A stretch of 26,408 nucleotides of DNA from a virus (taxonomy: Duplodnaviria > Caudoviricetes): IMG/VR virus record IMGVR_UViG_3300031784_000176, positions 1 through 26,408 of that record. One strand, written 5' to 3'. Positions 5,807 through 14,497 of the stretch are shown in pieces. The translations under genes were made by a program, and so were the position numbers. How positions within the stretch are numbered: position 1 is the first letter of the stretch; every line of letters starts with the position of its first letter. Under the pieces are notes generated by a model that worked only from the letters and a program-made list of their open reading frames with translations, was not told the origin of the DNA and did no database searches.

Positions 5807-7342
5807 TCATCCGCCATAACGCTTCGCCAGTCTGGCCTGATAGACCCTCTCGGCCCATCCTCGCTTGTAGCCGCGTTGCTGCGCTAATTGGCGTAGGTCG
5901 TCGAGGCTCTGAGCGCTGCCTTGCTCGCGGCGCGGATTGGGTGCCGGTACAAGTCGCAGCCTTTTGATCTTTAGCCAATGGCCATCACCGCAAGGATCAC
6001 CCGCTGAAATCTTGGTCACAAATGCAGCTTCGAGGCCCGGCCAGTCAGTGAGCCGAAATACGCGCCACTCGCCTGGATACTTGGTTGCCATATCTCGGTC
6101 GTCCACTGTCACATAGCTGCCGACCTTGATAGCCCCGATCTCCACCAACTCCCCATCCACCTGTTGCAACTCGCGGCGTTCCTGTGGCGCAAACACATGA
6201 CCGCATTCGCGGCATACCTGCACCGCACTGGCGCTAGTGGCGAAGCACTGCGGGCACACCTTGACCGATGGCGCCTGCTCGCGGTCGCGCTTTTTGATGC
6301 CGTCTAGCGTCCAGTCTCGTGGTTCTAAATGGTGGCCAAGCCTGAGCGTGTTGCCGACATGATCAAGCACCACGGCACGCTTGCCCGGTTGCGGGCGCAG
6401 GCATCGGCCGATCATCTGCAGGTGCAGCGCCACTGATGCCGTAGGCCGCAACAGGATGCAGCCGCCGACTGATGGCACGTCCACTCCTTCACCGATCAAT
6501 GCGCAACTGGTCAGCACCTTGAGCTTGCCGGTGCCTAGGTTCTGCAGCAGCTGCCGGCGCTGCGTGGTATCCATGCTGCCGTCAATACTGGCCGCGGCGA
6601 TGCCTGCTGACTGGAAGAGTGCTGCCACTGCCTCAGCGTGTGCCACTGAGCAGCAGAACGCGATTGCCGTCTGGCCTGGCAGGTGCTTGCGGTAGTGACC
6701 AAGGCAGTCACCCATGATCGTGCCGACGCGCTGCTCAGCCTCCTTGGGGTCGAAGTCACCCATCCGCTTGCGCAGTCCGGTGCTGTCAAAACCCGGCGGT
6801 GCCAGCACCTTGGCGCCAGCGAGGTAGCCGGCATCTGTGAGCTGCTGTGCTGTTGGGCCTTGCACCATGGATTGATAGTGCTCGCCAAGGCCGCGGCCAT
6901 CTGAGCGGATCGGTGTTGCCGTCACACCCAGCAGCTTGGCGGCTGCAAAGTGTTGAACCACCTTGGCCCACGTGCCAGCCGTGGTGTGGTGTGCCTCATC
7001 GACCACTAGAAGCTGGAAGAAATCACGCGGCAGCAGGTGCAGCCGGCGAGCAACGGTTTGCACGCTGGCAATTTGCACGGCATGGCTGAGATCCATGCTG
7101 CGGCCAGCGCTGATGCGGCCATGCGGCATGGGCATAGCGCGGCTGGCCTGATCCAGCAGCTCCTGCCGGTGCACAAGCACCAGCACGCGGTTGCCCTTAA
7201 TGCTGGCTTGCTCTGCGATGTAGCTAAAGCACACCGTCTTGCCGCCGCCAGTGGGCAGCACGGCAAGCACAGATTTATGCCCTAGCTGATACTGCAGGCG
7301 GATGTCGTTGATGAGTTGCTGTTGGTAGGGGCGCAGCTGCAT
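5807..7342 (-). CDS. Superfamily 2 DEAH helicase (RadD/YejH-like) with C-terminal zinc ribbon
   Basis: LRPYQ, PTGGGKT, VVDEAHH, TATP.R.DG, EGVDVP, QMIGRCLR, CPQC..CRECG; TGATG coupling at 7342. Confidence 0.92.
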   Translation of the reverse strand: MQLRPYQQQLINDIRLQYQLGHKSVLAVLPTGGGKTVCFSYIAEQASIKGNRVLVLVHRQELLDQASRAMPMPHGRISAGRSMDLSHAVQIASVQTVARRLHLLPRDFFQLLVVDEAHHTTAGTWAKVVQHFAAAKLLGVTATPIRSDGRGLGEHYQSMVQGPTAQQLTDAGYLAGAKVLAPPGFDSTGLRKRMGDFDPKEAEQRVGTIMGDCLGHYRKHLPGQTAIAFCCSVAHAEAVAALFQSAGIAAASIDGSMDTTQRRQLLQNLGTGKLKVLTSCALIGEGVDVPSVGGCILLRPTASVALHLQMIGRCLRPQPGKRAVVLDHVGNTLRLGHHLEPRDWTLDGIKKRDREQAPSVKVCPQCFATSASAVQVCRECGHVFAPQERRELQQVDGELVEIGAIKVGSYVTVDDRDMATKYPGEWRVFRLTDWPGLEAAFVTKISAGDPCGDGHWLKIKRLRLVPAPNPRREQGSAQSLDDLRQLAQQRGYKRGWAERVYQARLAKRYGG

Positions 7343-9600
7343 CACACCAACACCCCTTGCCGATTACTGGCCACCTCAGTCAGGTTTTTGACCGCGCAGT
7401 TGAAATACGAAGGCTTCAGCTCAAAGCCGACAAACTGGCGCCCGGCTTGGATGCTGCAGTAGCCCTCGCTGCCGATACCGGCGAATGGCGACAGCACCAC
7501 GTCGCCGGGGTTGCTCCATAACTGCAGGCCGCGGCGGATCACCTCTAGCTGCAACGGGCAGATGTGGCGCTCATCCTCATTGGCGCGTGCGCTGCGGTAC
7601 TGCAGCGTGTCCGATGGGTTGATATCCATCCATACGGGGCTGGCGTAGCGCTGCCAGATGTTGATCGAGTCCTTGATCGGGTCGCCGCTTTTGGATGGTG
7701 GATTCTCACCGGCAAACTCCGTGAACGGGCCAGCCACCGGCGCGGGGTTGTCGCCCAGCTTGCGTACGGTCACGAGGTAGTCAGGGATGCCCTGGCGGCT
7801 GAGTGCTGAATCCTTACGCACTTGCTTATGCAGCAGGCCGATTGCCTTGGTGCGCTGCATGGCAGTGACCGGATCCTTCCAGATGCACACTTCGCTATGG
7901 AATACAAAACCAGCAGCCTGGAAGATGCGCAGCATGTCGCCGCGGAAGTCTTTCACACCGATGAAACCATCGCGTTCTTTGCTGCTGGGCAGGTTCATGC
8001 AATGGAAGCTGATCAGCCTGCCGGGCATCATCACGCGGTGCAGCTCACTGGCAAGGAATCCAAAGTGATCAAAGAACTCCTGCTCAGTGCGGCTGTTGCC
8101 CATGTCGCGGTCGCTGTTGCTGTAGGTGTAAAGCGATGCGAACGGCGGACTAAAAATGCTGTAGTGGATGGAGTTACTGTCGAGCTTCTTAATGCTCTCC
8201 ACGCAATCGCCCATATACATGTCCCATCCATCACCGGACTTGTGCTCAGTGATGTGCGGCGCCACTTGGCGCTGGATCTTCTTGAGTTGTTCCATGGTTT
8301 GTTGCTTCATGATTTCAACCATTGACTGAGCCATTTGGATGCTGTCCGCTTCCTTGCGGCGGATGTTGTCGATCACGCGGCCTTCCGCCACGTCGTAGAT
8401 GATGTGAGCGTTGACGGGCTGCTCTTGGCCAAATCGCCAGCAGCGGCGGATGGCTTGATAGAACGCCTCATAGCTGTGCGACAGGCCAACGAATGCGACG
8501 TTGTGGCACCGCTGAAAGTTGAGGCCAAAGCCAAAGATGCTGGGCTTGCTGACCAGCACGCGGATCTTGCCGTCTTGGAAGTCGATAGCAGCTTGCCGCT
8601 TGTGGTCATCGGAGTCTGAGCCCGACACCTCGACAGCGCCATCAATGGCAGCGGTGAGCGCCTTGCTCTCATCGTTGAGATCACACCACACCAGCCATTG
8701 CTCGGTGTTGCTGTTGGCCAGCTTGGCAGCGGCTGCCACGCGGAGGGCGAGGGATGCCTTGCGCACCTTGCGTTGATCGTTGAGCGTGCGGGCCTCCATG
8801 GCAAATAGTGCCATCTGGCCGTCATCACCTGCAGTTGCCTCGCGTGGTGTCTCAACCGTGCAGTCCTGGATCTGCAGTGCCGGCAGCACGAAGTTGCCGT
8901 CCTCATAGCCAAGGTCTGATGGCTTGCGGATGGTCACCGCCCAGCTGCAGACCCACTCCCAGAACTTATCCCGCGCGTGACCCTTAAGCCGCCACTTGGC
9001 AGTGTCGCCGCCGTCATGCACGAAGAACATGGCCAGCATCTCAGTGCGGGTCATCACGCCGATGAATTCGGCATGGTTGCCGAGCTCCATATGGTCATTC
9101 GGTGCTGGCGTGGCGGAGCAGGCCAGACGGAATGGGGTCTGCGCGAACGACTCGATGATCTGATTGCGGATCTTGCCGGTGTATGCCTTGAGGATGCTGC
9201 TCTCATCAAGCACCACGCCATCGAAGGCGGATGGGTCGAAATGGCTCAGCTTCTCGTAGTTGGTGATCGTGATGCCGGGCTTGACCTCGGCTTGCGTTGC
9301 AGCAAACGAGCATGGGATGCCGAACTTGCTGCCCTCGCGCACGGTCTGGTGTGCAACCGCAAGCGGTGCCAGCACCAGCACGTTGCCGCCAGTGTGCTGA
9401 TGCACCTGATACGCCCATTCGAGCTGCATGGCGGTTTTGCCCATGCCGCAGTCGGCCCAAATGCAGAACTTGCCGACGCGGCAAGCCATGGTCACGATGT
9501 CCCGCTGAAACGGGAACAGCGGCGCTGTGAACTGCTGCGGGTCAAAACCGGCAACAGGTGCTGCAGTGGATTTGGAAGCTAGGAAGTCTTGGTAGGTCAT
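7342..9600 (-). CDS. SNF2-like helicase fused to an amino-DNA methyltransferase (N4-C/N6-A, beta class)
   Basis: N-part LFPFQ, DCGMGKT, VLDESS, SATPAPND, GLNFQ, QAIRRCWRFGQ; C-part GDCVE, FSPPF (motif IV), HICPLQL, VLSPFAGIGSEG (motif I), GFELKPSYF. Confidence 0.88.
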   Translation of the reverse strand: MTYQDFLASKSTAAPVAGFDPQQFTAPLFPFQRDIVTMACRVGKFCIWADCGMGKTAMQLEWAYQVHQHTGGNVLVLAPLAVAHQTVREGSKFGIPCSFAATQAEVKPGITITNYEKLSHFDPSAFDGVVLDESSILKAYTGKIRNQIIESFAQTPFRLACSATPAPNDHMELGNHAEFIGVMTRTEMLAMFFVHDGGDTAKWRLKGHARDKFWEWVCSWAVTIRKPSDLGYEDGNFVLPALQIQDCTVETPREATAGDDGQMALFAMEARTLNDQRKVRKASLALRVAAAAKLANSNTEQWLVWCDLNDESKALTAAIDGAVEVSGSDSDDHKRQAAIDFQDGKIRVLVSKPSIFGFGLNFQRCHNVAFVGLSHSYEAFYQAIRRCWRFGQEQPVNAHIIYDVAEGRVIDNIRRKEADSIQMAQSMVEIMKQQTMEQLKKIQRQVAPHITEHKSGDGWDMYMGDCVESIKKLDSNSIHYSIFSPPFASLYTYSNSDRDMGNSRTEQEFFDHFGFLASELHRVMMPGRLISFHCMNLPSSKERDGFIGVKDFRGDMLRIFQAAGFVFHSEVCIWKDPVTAMQRTKAIGLLHKQVRKDSALSRQGIPDYLVTVRKLGDNPAPVAGPFTEFAGENPPSKSGDPIKDSINIWQRYASPVWMDINPSDTLQYRSARANEDERHICPLQLEVIRRGLQLWSNPGDVVLSPFAGIGSEGYCSIQAGRQFVGFELKPSYFNCAVKNLTEVASNRQGVLV

Positions 9601-9761
9601 TGAGCATCGTTAAAAGGTGAACCGATGCAAACCCAAATCCAACCCTCTCTTGTCCATTGCAAATCCCATACGTCACCATCGCTATCAAGCGCATAAAGGC
9701 ACGTTTTGCCCTCATCGCTGCTGTTGGTTGAAATCTGAATGATTTTGGGGATGTGATCCAT
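9597..9761 (-). CDS. Small hypothetical protein, first gene of the leftward arm
   Basis: MDHIPKIIQIS...LYALDSDGDVW...W.WV; ATGA coupling to the helicase-MTase; more AT-rich than neighbours; start uncertain. Confidence 0.6.
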   Translation of the reverse strand: MDHIPKIIQISTNSSDEGKTCLYALDSDGDVWDLQWTREGWIWVCIGSPFNDAQ

Positions 9762-9777
9762 GGCAGTGCCGTGTGGC

Positions 9778-9813
9778 TTGCACACCGTAGACTAACCGTA
9801 TACGCTCTGTCAA
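9778..9813. promoter_or_regulatory. Overlapping divergent promoters with repeated ACCGTA boxes
   Basis: Plus strand TTGCAC-17-TACGCT (9778-9806); minus strand TTGACA-18-TACGGT (9813-9784); ACCGTA at 9784 and 9795. Confidence 0.55.
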
Positions 9814-9831
9814 GCATCCAGCCGGAACCCG

Positions 9832-10008
9832 ATGCCGCTAGCCCGACCAATACCGCTGCGTCTTGCGCCAAACCAGCTGCAATGGCTGGATTCTTGGCGT
9901 GGTGACACGCTTTCACGCAGCGCTGCCATCCGATTGCTGCTGGAGCACGCCATCCAATTGCATGGCGATGGCGCGATCACCATGCCGGAACCCAAGGGGC
10001 AGGCATGA
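9832..10008 (+). CDS. Ribbon-helix-helix (CopG/Arc-like) regulator (58 aa; not in ORF track)
   Basis: Hand translation MPLARPIPLRLAPNQLQWLDSWRGDTLSRSAAIRLLLEHAIQLHGDGAITMPEPKGQA; alternating beta strand plus SRS.AIR.LL helix; ATGA coupling to the primase. Confidence 0.75.
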   Translation: MPLARPIPLRLAPNQLQWLDSWRGDTLSRSAAIRLLLEHAIQLHGDGAITMPEPKGQA

Positions 10009-12383
10009 AGGAAGTTGATTTTGACGAAGCCCGTCGGTTTATCGCCTTACTCGGCAAACCGGCAGGCACCATCCGCCTGCGCGCTTTTCTGCACCGACTG
10101 CATCCCGACAAGCCAAACGACAAAGGCCGCAAAGGTGGCGCTCGCAAGCCGCTGATCAAGCAGTGGCAATCCGAAGGCCGCGGCGTTTATGTCGTCATCA
10201 ACGATGGCGGGGACACCAACGCTGAAATCACAGCCTGCCGTGCGTTTTTTGCTGAGTGGGATGATCGCCCGCGCGAATGGCAGCTCACTGCATGGCAAGA
10301 GCTAGGGCTGCCGGAGCCAACCTTTCAGATCAATACCGGCGGTAAATCAATCCATAGCTACTGGGTGCTAGCAGACCCAATCACACCAGCCCATTGGGAG
10401 CTGGTGCAAGGCCGGCTGCTTGATTACTGCGATGCAGACCGCAGCATCAAGAACTCATCCCGTGTGATGCGGCTGCCTGGCAGCTACTACGCCGAAGCCG
10501 ATGGCAGCCTTGGTGAGATGTGCCGCATGGTCACCAGTGCTGGCCATCGCTACAGCGTCTCCGATATTGAAGCCGTCCTACCCAATGAGGCTTACTACCA
10601 ACACGAAAAGCCAGCGCAGCACTACGTAGAACCCACAGAGCGCGGCATTGATGAGATCCGCGAAGCGCTTGCGGCAATACCACCTCGCGTGCCAGGGTCC
10701 GGCACCTATCACATCTACCGCAATATCTTCTGGGGCTTGATCCAAGCCTGCGGTAGCGCTGAGCAGGCCATTGACTTAATGCAGCAGCACAGCCCGCAAT
10801 GGCAAGGGCTGCAGCAGATCGCCGCATCAGGTGGTGACCGCATCGGTGCTGGGACGTTCTGGTATTGGGCGCGTCATCACGGTTGGCGGCCAGCGTTGCC
10901 GATGCTTGCGCCGCAGCGTCACCGCCTAGAGCCTGCTGGTGGTGACGATGGCGAAGTAGTCAACCTGCAGCTTTACGACAAGTCCGGCACCGAATGGCTA
11001 GAGCTTGCAGTGGAGCACGTGTTCTGCCATCCGCGCGAGCGCTGGATTTGCGTTGATGGCGTGCTGCATTGCTGGAGCGGCACCCATTATCAAGCCAAGC
11101 CCGACGAAGAACTAGCGCCAAAGCTTGCGGCATTCCTTTCCATGCTGCATGTCATCAACCAGCAAGGCGCCACCACATACCCATGGCGCAGGCCGCGTTA
11201 CGTGGATGAAGCACTGCAATGGATGAGGCGACTGCTTAAACCTGTTGAGGTCAACCCAGCCAATGCCATCAACTGCCGCAATGGCGTGGTGACGTGGGCA
11301 TGGTCTGGCCGCAAGCTGGATCTGACCTTTACGCCGCACAGCCCCGCGGTCGCTTTCACCTACGTCACCGCTTACGACTACGACCCTGAAGCCAATGCCC
11401 AGCACCTATGGCGGCTGCTTGAAGCCGTAGAGCCCGGTGACCGTGACACGTTGCAACGCATTCTCGGCAGTGGGCTTGACCTCATCAAATACCGCGCCAC
11501 ACGAGGCAGGCCACGTGCTGTGCTGATGATCGGCGAGGGTAGCAACGGTAAGGACACTATCCGCACCGCACTGCGGGATACTCTCGGCAGTCGTAATTTC
11601 ACGAGCTGCACGCTTGCCGACTTCCGTCAATACGACCAAGGCCGTAAGTTTCCCATTGCGCCATTACGCGGCGCATCAGTGAACTGGTCAAGCGAAAACT
11701 CGCAGTTTGTCAGTATCGACAACCTCCAGTCATTGAAGGCTGCCATCAGTGGCGAGGAGCTGTCATATGAACTCAAAGGCGTGCAGGAGTCGCAGTTTGT
11801 TCCGTCGTCTTTGTTTGTGTTCAACCTCAATAAAGATCCATCACTAACTGGTGAGCAGGCTGCCATTGAAACACGGTTTCATGTATTTAAATTCCGTAAG
11901 ACCTTCATGGCGACGCCTACTGAACCCAACCACCTTCAAGCAGATCCAAAGCTCAAGGACGATCCCGACTTCATCCAGCAGCAAATATGTCCAGCATTTC
12001 TGAATTGGTTGCTTGAAGGCATGGCGCTCAGCATTGCAGATGGCATTGATTACACAACCGGAAGCCAAGCAATGCAGGACGTTAGAAGAGCCAGCTGCCA
12101 TCTTTGGGACTTCTGCGACTCTATCGGACTCACCTATGAAGAGGGTGCCCAAGTATCAACCAAGCGCGTGTGGGATGCCTTGCAGGAGTGGTATCGAGAG
12201 GAGGGCTATTTGGACGATAAAGGTAGATGGCTGATGGACCCGCCAAGTGATCGCACCGTCAAGGCACCGCGGCTTTTGGTGCCGTCGTTGCGCCAGATTT
12301 TCCCGAAACTTGCGTCCGACAGAGGCTCCGGCAAGTCCCGTGAGCGTCTTATTTCGGGTCTCAAGCTGGACTTGTGGGCGTGA
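10005..12383 (+). CDS. Primase-helicase: RepB-like AEP primase, PriCT-2, D5-type SF3 helicase
   Basis: GVYVVIN.G, FFAEWDD, QINTGGKSIHSYW, N.SRVMRLPG; IREALAAIP...GAGTFWYWA; INCRNGV, TPHSP, GEGSNGKD Walker A, ISGE.L.YELKG. Confidence 0.88.
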   Translation: MKEVDFDEARRFIALLGKPAGTIRLRAFLHRLHPDKPNDKGRKGGARKPLIKQWQSEGRGVYVVINDGGDTNAEITACRAFFAEWDDRPREWQLTAWQELGLPEPTFQINTGGKSIHSYWVLADPITPAHWELVQGRLLDYCDADRSIKNSSRVMRLPGSYYAEADGSLGEMCRMVTSAGHRYSVSDIEAVLPNEAYYQHEKPAQHYVEPTERGIDEIREALAAIPPRVPGSGTYHIYRNIFWGLIQACGSAEQAIDLMQQHSPQWQGLQQIAASGGDRIGAGTFWYWARHHGWRPALPMLAPQRHRLEPAGGDDGEVVNLQLYDKSGTEWLELAVEHVFCHPRERWICVDGVLHCWSGTHYQAKPDEELAPKLAAFLSMLHVINQQGATTYPWRRPRYVDEALQWMRRLLKPVEVNPANAINCRNGVVTWAWSGRKLDLTFTPHSPAVAFTYVTAYDYDPEANAQHLWRLLEAVEPGDRDTLQRILGSGLDLIKYRATRGRPRAVLMIGEGSNGKDTIRTALRDTLGSRNFTSCTLADFRQYDQGRKFPIAPLRGASVNWSSENSQFVSIDNLQSLKAAISGEELSYELKGVQESQFVPSSLFVFNLNKDPSLTGEQAAIETRFHVFKFRKTFMATPTEPNHLQADPKLKDDPDFIQQQICPAFLNWLLEGMALSIADGIDYTTGSQAMQDVRRASCHLWDFCDSIGLTYEEGAQVSTKRVWDALQEWYREEGYLDDKGRWLMDPPSDRTVKAPRLLVPSLRQIFPKLASDRGSGKSRERLISGLKLDLWA

Positions 12384-12669
12384 TGTCGGACGCAAGTTGC
12401 GTCCGGGTCGGACGCAAGTCGGACGCAAATTTCGGACGCAAAAACCCTGTCTCTATCTACCTTTTCTCTTGTTCGGACGCAAATAGGGGTAAATCAAGTC
12501 AGGTATGGAAACAAGAGGGGGAATGTAACGGCGTGAACAAAACACACATATAGGGGGGGTAAGGAGAAACCTCGTTTTTGCGTCCTCCCTTGGTATCACT
12601 GGGTTTTTTGCGTCCGACTTGCGTCCGCTTGCGTCCGAACCCAGTCGTGGACAGGGTTTTTGCGTCCGA
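12310..12669. repeat. Iteron array, putative replication origin
   Basis: CGGACGCAA at 12387, 12409, 12420, 12433, 12474; its reverse complement at 12310, 12397, 12608, 12619, 12629, 12660; perfect 20-bp inverted repeat 12432-12451/12650-12669; directly after the primase-helicase. Confidence 0.8.
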
Positions 12670-12700
12670 CCTACTATTTGCACCATCAACACCACCAGAA

Positions 12701-12970
12701 ATGCCCGAAATCAAGATCAATGTCACCGCTGACGACCTGGCGCGGTTGAACGCTGAAGCAGCAGCGCATGGCATCCCGCGCGCGCACCTGATCCGGCAGC
12801 GTGCTTTGAGTGGTGGGGTTGTTGCAGGATTGACCACGGCTGCGTACCATGCGCTGGTGGCGGACGCCTGCGCATTCATGCGTGGTGACCTGAACCGCCG
12901 ACACGTTGAAACTCTCGTCGCATATGTCATCGCTCATTCACATTCCAGCCAAGCAGCAACCGGTGATTAA
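12701..12970 (+). CDS. Putative ribbon-helix-helix DNA-binding protein
   Basis: MPEIKINVTADDLARLNAEAAAHGIPRAHLIRQRAL fits RHH/MobC-like pattern; the upstream extension in the ORF track is the repeat array. Confidence 0.7.
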   Translation: MPEIKINVTADDLARLNAEAAAHGIPRAHLIRQRALSGGVVAGLTTAAYHALVADACAFMRGDLNRRHVETLVAYVIAHSHSSQAATGD

Positions 12971-13133
12971 TCGGCTGCATGAGACCATGACCCAAGCAGT
13001 GGCGTACGCCTCAGCCATTGCCGACAACGCCATTGATGACGGCGTACCGCTACCCATGGAACTTGTGGATAGCTTCGCCGCTGATTACGAACGCATCATC
13101 ACCAGCCTCGTCACTGCCGCCACCGTCAAATGA
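12924..13133 (+). CDS. Hypothetical protein
   Basis: Helical ORF, ATGA-coupled to the clamp gene; start uncertain (12924 or a later ATG). Confidence 0.55.
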   Translation: MSSLIHIPAKQQPVINRLHETMTQAVAYASAIADNAIDDGVPLPMELVDSFAADYERIITSLVTAATVK

Positions 13134-14170
13134 AAGCCGTTACCTGCCAAGCCGATCTCGATCACGCGCTGCGCACCATCGCGCCAGCCGTTGGTCACCG
13201 CAGCAGCCATCCGATCCTTGATTGCTGCCTGATCCAAGCCGCCGGTGGCGTCATGACCATCACCGGCTTCAACCTTGATCTCGGCATCACCGTCACCATC
13301 CCAGCCGCAGTGGATACCGATGGCGCTGTAGCGCTGCCGTATCGGCTGCTGGCTGGCCTTGTGAGCCGCTTTGATGGCGATGAGGCTCTGACCCTCGCAG
13401 ATGGCGCTCTGACGGCTTCCGCGGGCTCCTACGGGCTTGCTGCGGCTGATGCAGCGGATTACCCCGCGCTGCCGGTTGTGGACGCTGCTACGAGCGAGCT
13501 GCACCTATCCGCTGGAATCCGTGCCTGCATGGCAGCTGCCAGCACCGACGCCAGCAAGCAGATGCTCCAAGGCATCCACCTCGGCAGCGGCCACATGGAA
13601 GCCACAGATGGCCATCGCCTCATGCGTTACGCCATTGACCTGCCAGATGGCCTAGACCTCGTGCTACCAGCCAGCACCATGCGCCTGCTGCAAGATCGCG
13701 TGGTCACCATCGCCGTTGCCAAAGGGCAAGCCGTGATTGACGCAGGTGACGGCATCACCATCTACAGCCGCATCATGGACGGCACCTACCCAGACGTGGC
13801 CAAGCTGGTGCCCGCTGAGTTCAAAAGCACCATCATCGCCGACCGTCGCCGCCTGACTCGCGCCTTGGAGCGTGTCGCCATCATCGCCGATGCGCACAAC
13901 TCCATCGTCAAGCTCACCGCCGGCGCCGGTGGACTTGCCATCACTGCTGAAGCCGATGCCAACAATGGCAAGGAGCTGCTCAAGGTCGAAGGCACCGCCA
14001 ACGGCGCATGGGCGTTTAACGTCCACTACCTGCTGGACGGCATCAAGGCGTTCAAGCCCGCAGAAGCCATCACGCTGCATGCCAATACGGCAACCACACC
14101 CGTCGTGTTGACACCTAGTGGCGTGGACGGTGTAACTTATCTGGTAATGCCTGTGCAAGTCCGCAACTAA
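13130..14170 (+). CDS. dnaN: DNA polymerase III beta sliding clamp homologue
   Basis: HPIL..CLI.A, GFNLDLGI, DYPALP, MLQGIH, ATDGHRL, SRIMDGTYPD..KLVP, ALERVAI, AFNVHYLLD, YLVMPVQVR. Confidence 0.92.
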   Translation: MKAVTCQADLDHALRTIAPAVGHRSSHPILDCCLIQAAGGVMTITGFNLDLGITVTIPAAVDTDGAVALPYRLLAGLVSRFDGDEALTLADGALTASAGSYGLAAADAADYPALPVVDAATSELHLSAGIRACMAAASTDASKQMLQGIHLGSGHMEATDGHRLMRYAIDLPDGLDLVLPASTMRLLQDRVVTIAVAKGQAVIDAGDGITIYSRIMDGTYPDVAKLVPAEFKSTIIADRRRLTRALERVAIIADAHNSIVKLTAGAGGLAITAEADANNGKELLKVEGTANGAWAFNVHYLLDGIKAFKPAEAITLHANTATTPVVLTPSGVDGVTYLVMPVQVRN

Positions 14171-14173
14171 TAC

Positions 14174-14497
14174 GTGGCAAAGAAAAGCACCAAGGATGAG
14201 ATTCAGAACCGCGTCAACGTGGTTTATGACCTCATCCTGCGTGCTCACAGCCACCATCAGATCGTTCAACACGGTTCCGAGCTGTGGGGCGTCAGCGAGC
14301 GCCAAGTGCGCGATTACATGGCGGAAGCGCGCAAGCTGATTGCCCTTGACTCAGAGCTAGAGCGGCCGCAATGGCTGCAAGCCGCACTAGCAAGGTTGCA
14401 GGATTACGAACGTGAAGCACGCGCCAAAGGCAACCTCAGCATTGCAATCAAAGCGCTAGAAGATCAGGCCAAGCTGCTGCGGTTTGAGATGTTATGA
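14174..14497 (+). CDS. Putative terminase small subunit (HTH plus helical region)
   Basis: HTH-like WGVSERQVRDYM; immediately upstream of and ATGA-coupled to terL. Positional inference. Confidence 0.6.
   Translation: MAKKSTKDEIQNRVNVVYDLILRAHSHHQIVQHGSELWGVSERQVRDYMAEARKLIALDSELERPQWLQAALARLQDYEREARAKGNLSIAIKALEDQAKLLRFEML

Noticed and set aside
5933-6136. Helicase insertion as an intein
   Set aside because: Too short, with no N-terminal Cys/Ser and no C-terminal His-Asn followed by Cys/Ser/Thr.
7564-9582. Several plus-strand ORFs (up to 201 aa) opposite the helicase-MTase, and similar ones opposite dnaN, terL and the primase
   Set aside because: Expected shadow ORFs in high-GC DNA, overlapping genes with clear motifs.
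9821-9993. 10-bp direct repeat GCCGGAACCC at 9821 and 9984 flanking most of the RHH gene
   Set aside because: Only two short GC-rich copies, compatible with chance; no other support.
12385-12669. Repeat array as a possible CRISPR or as coding sequence (ORFs 12156-12428, 12453-12695)
   Set aside because: Units are 9-11 bp, in both orientations and irregularly spaced, with no spacers or cas genes; the ORFs are translations of the repeats.
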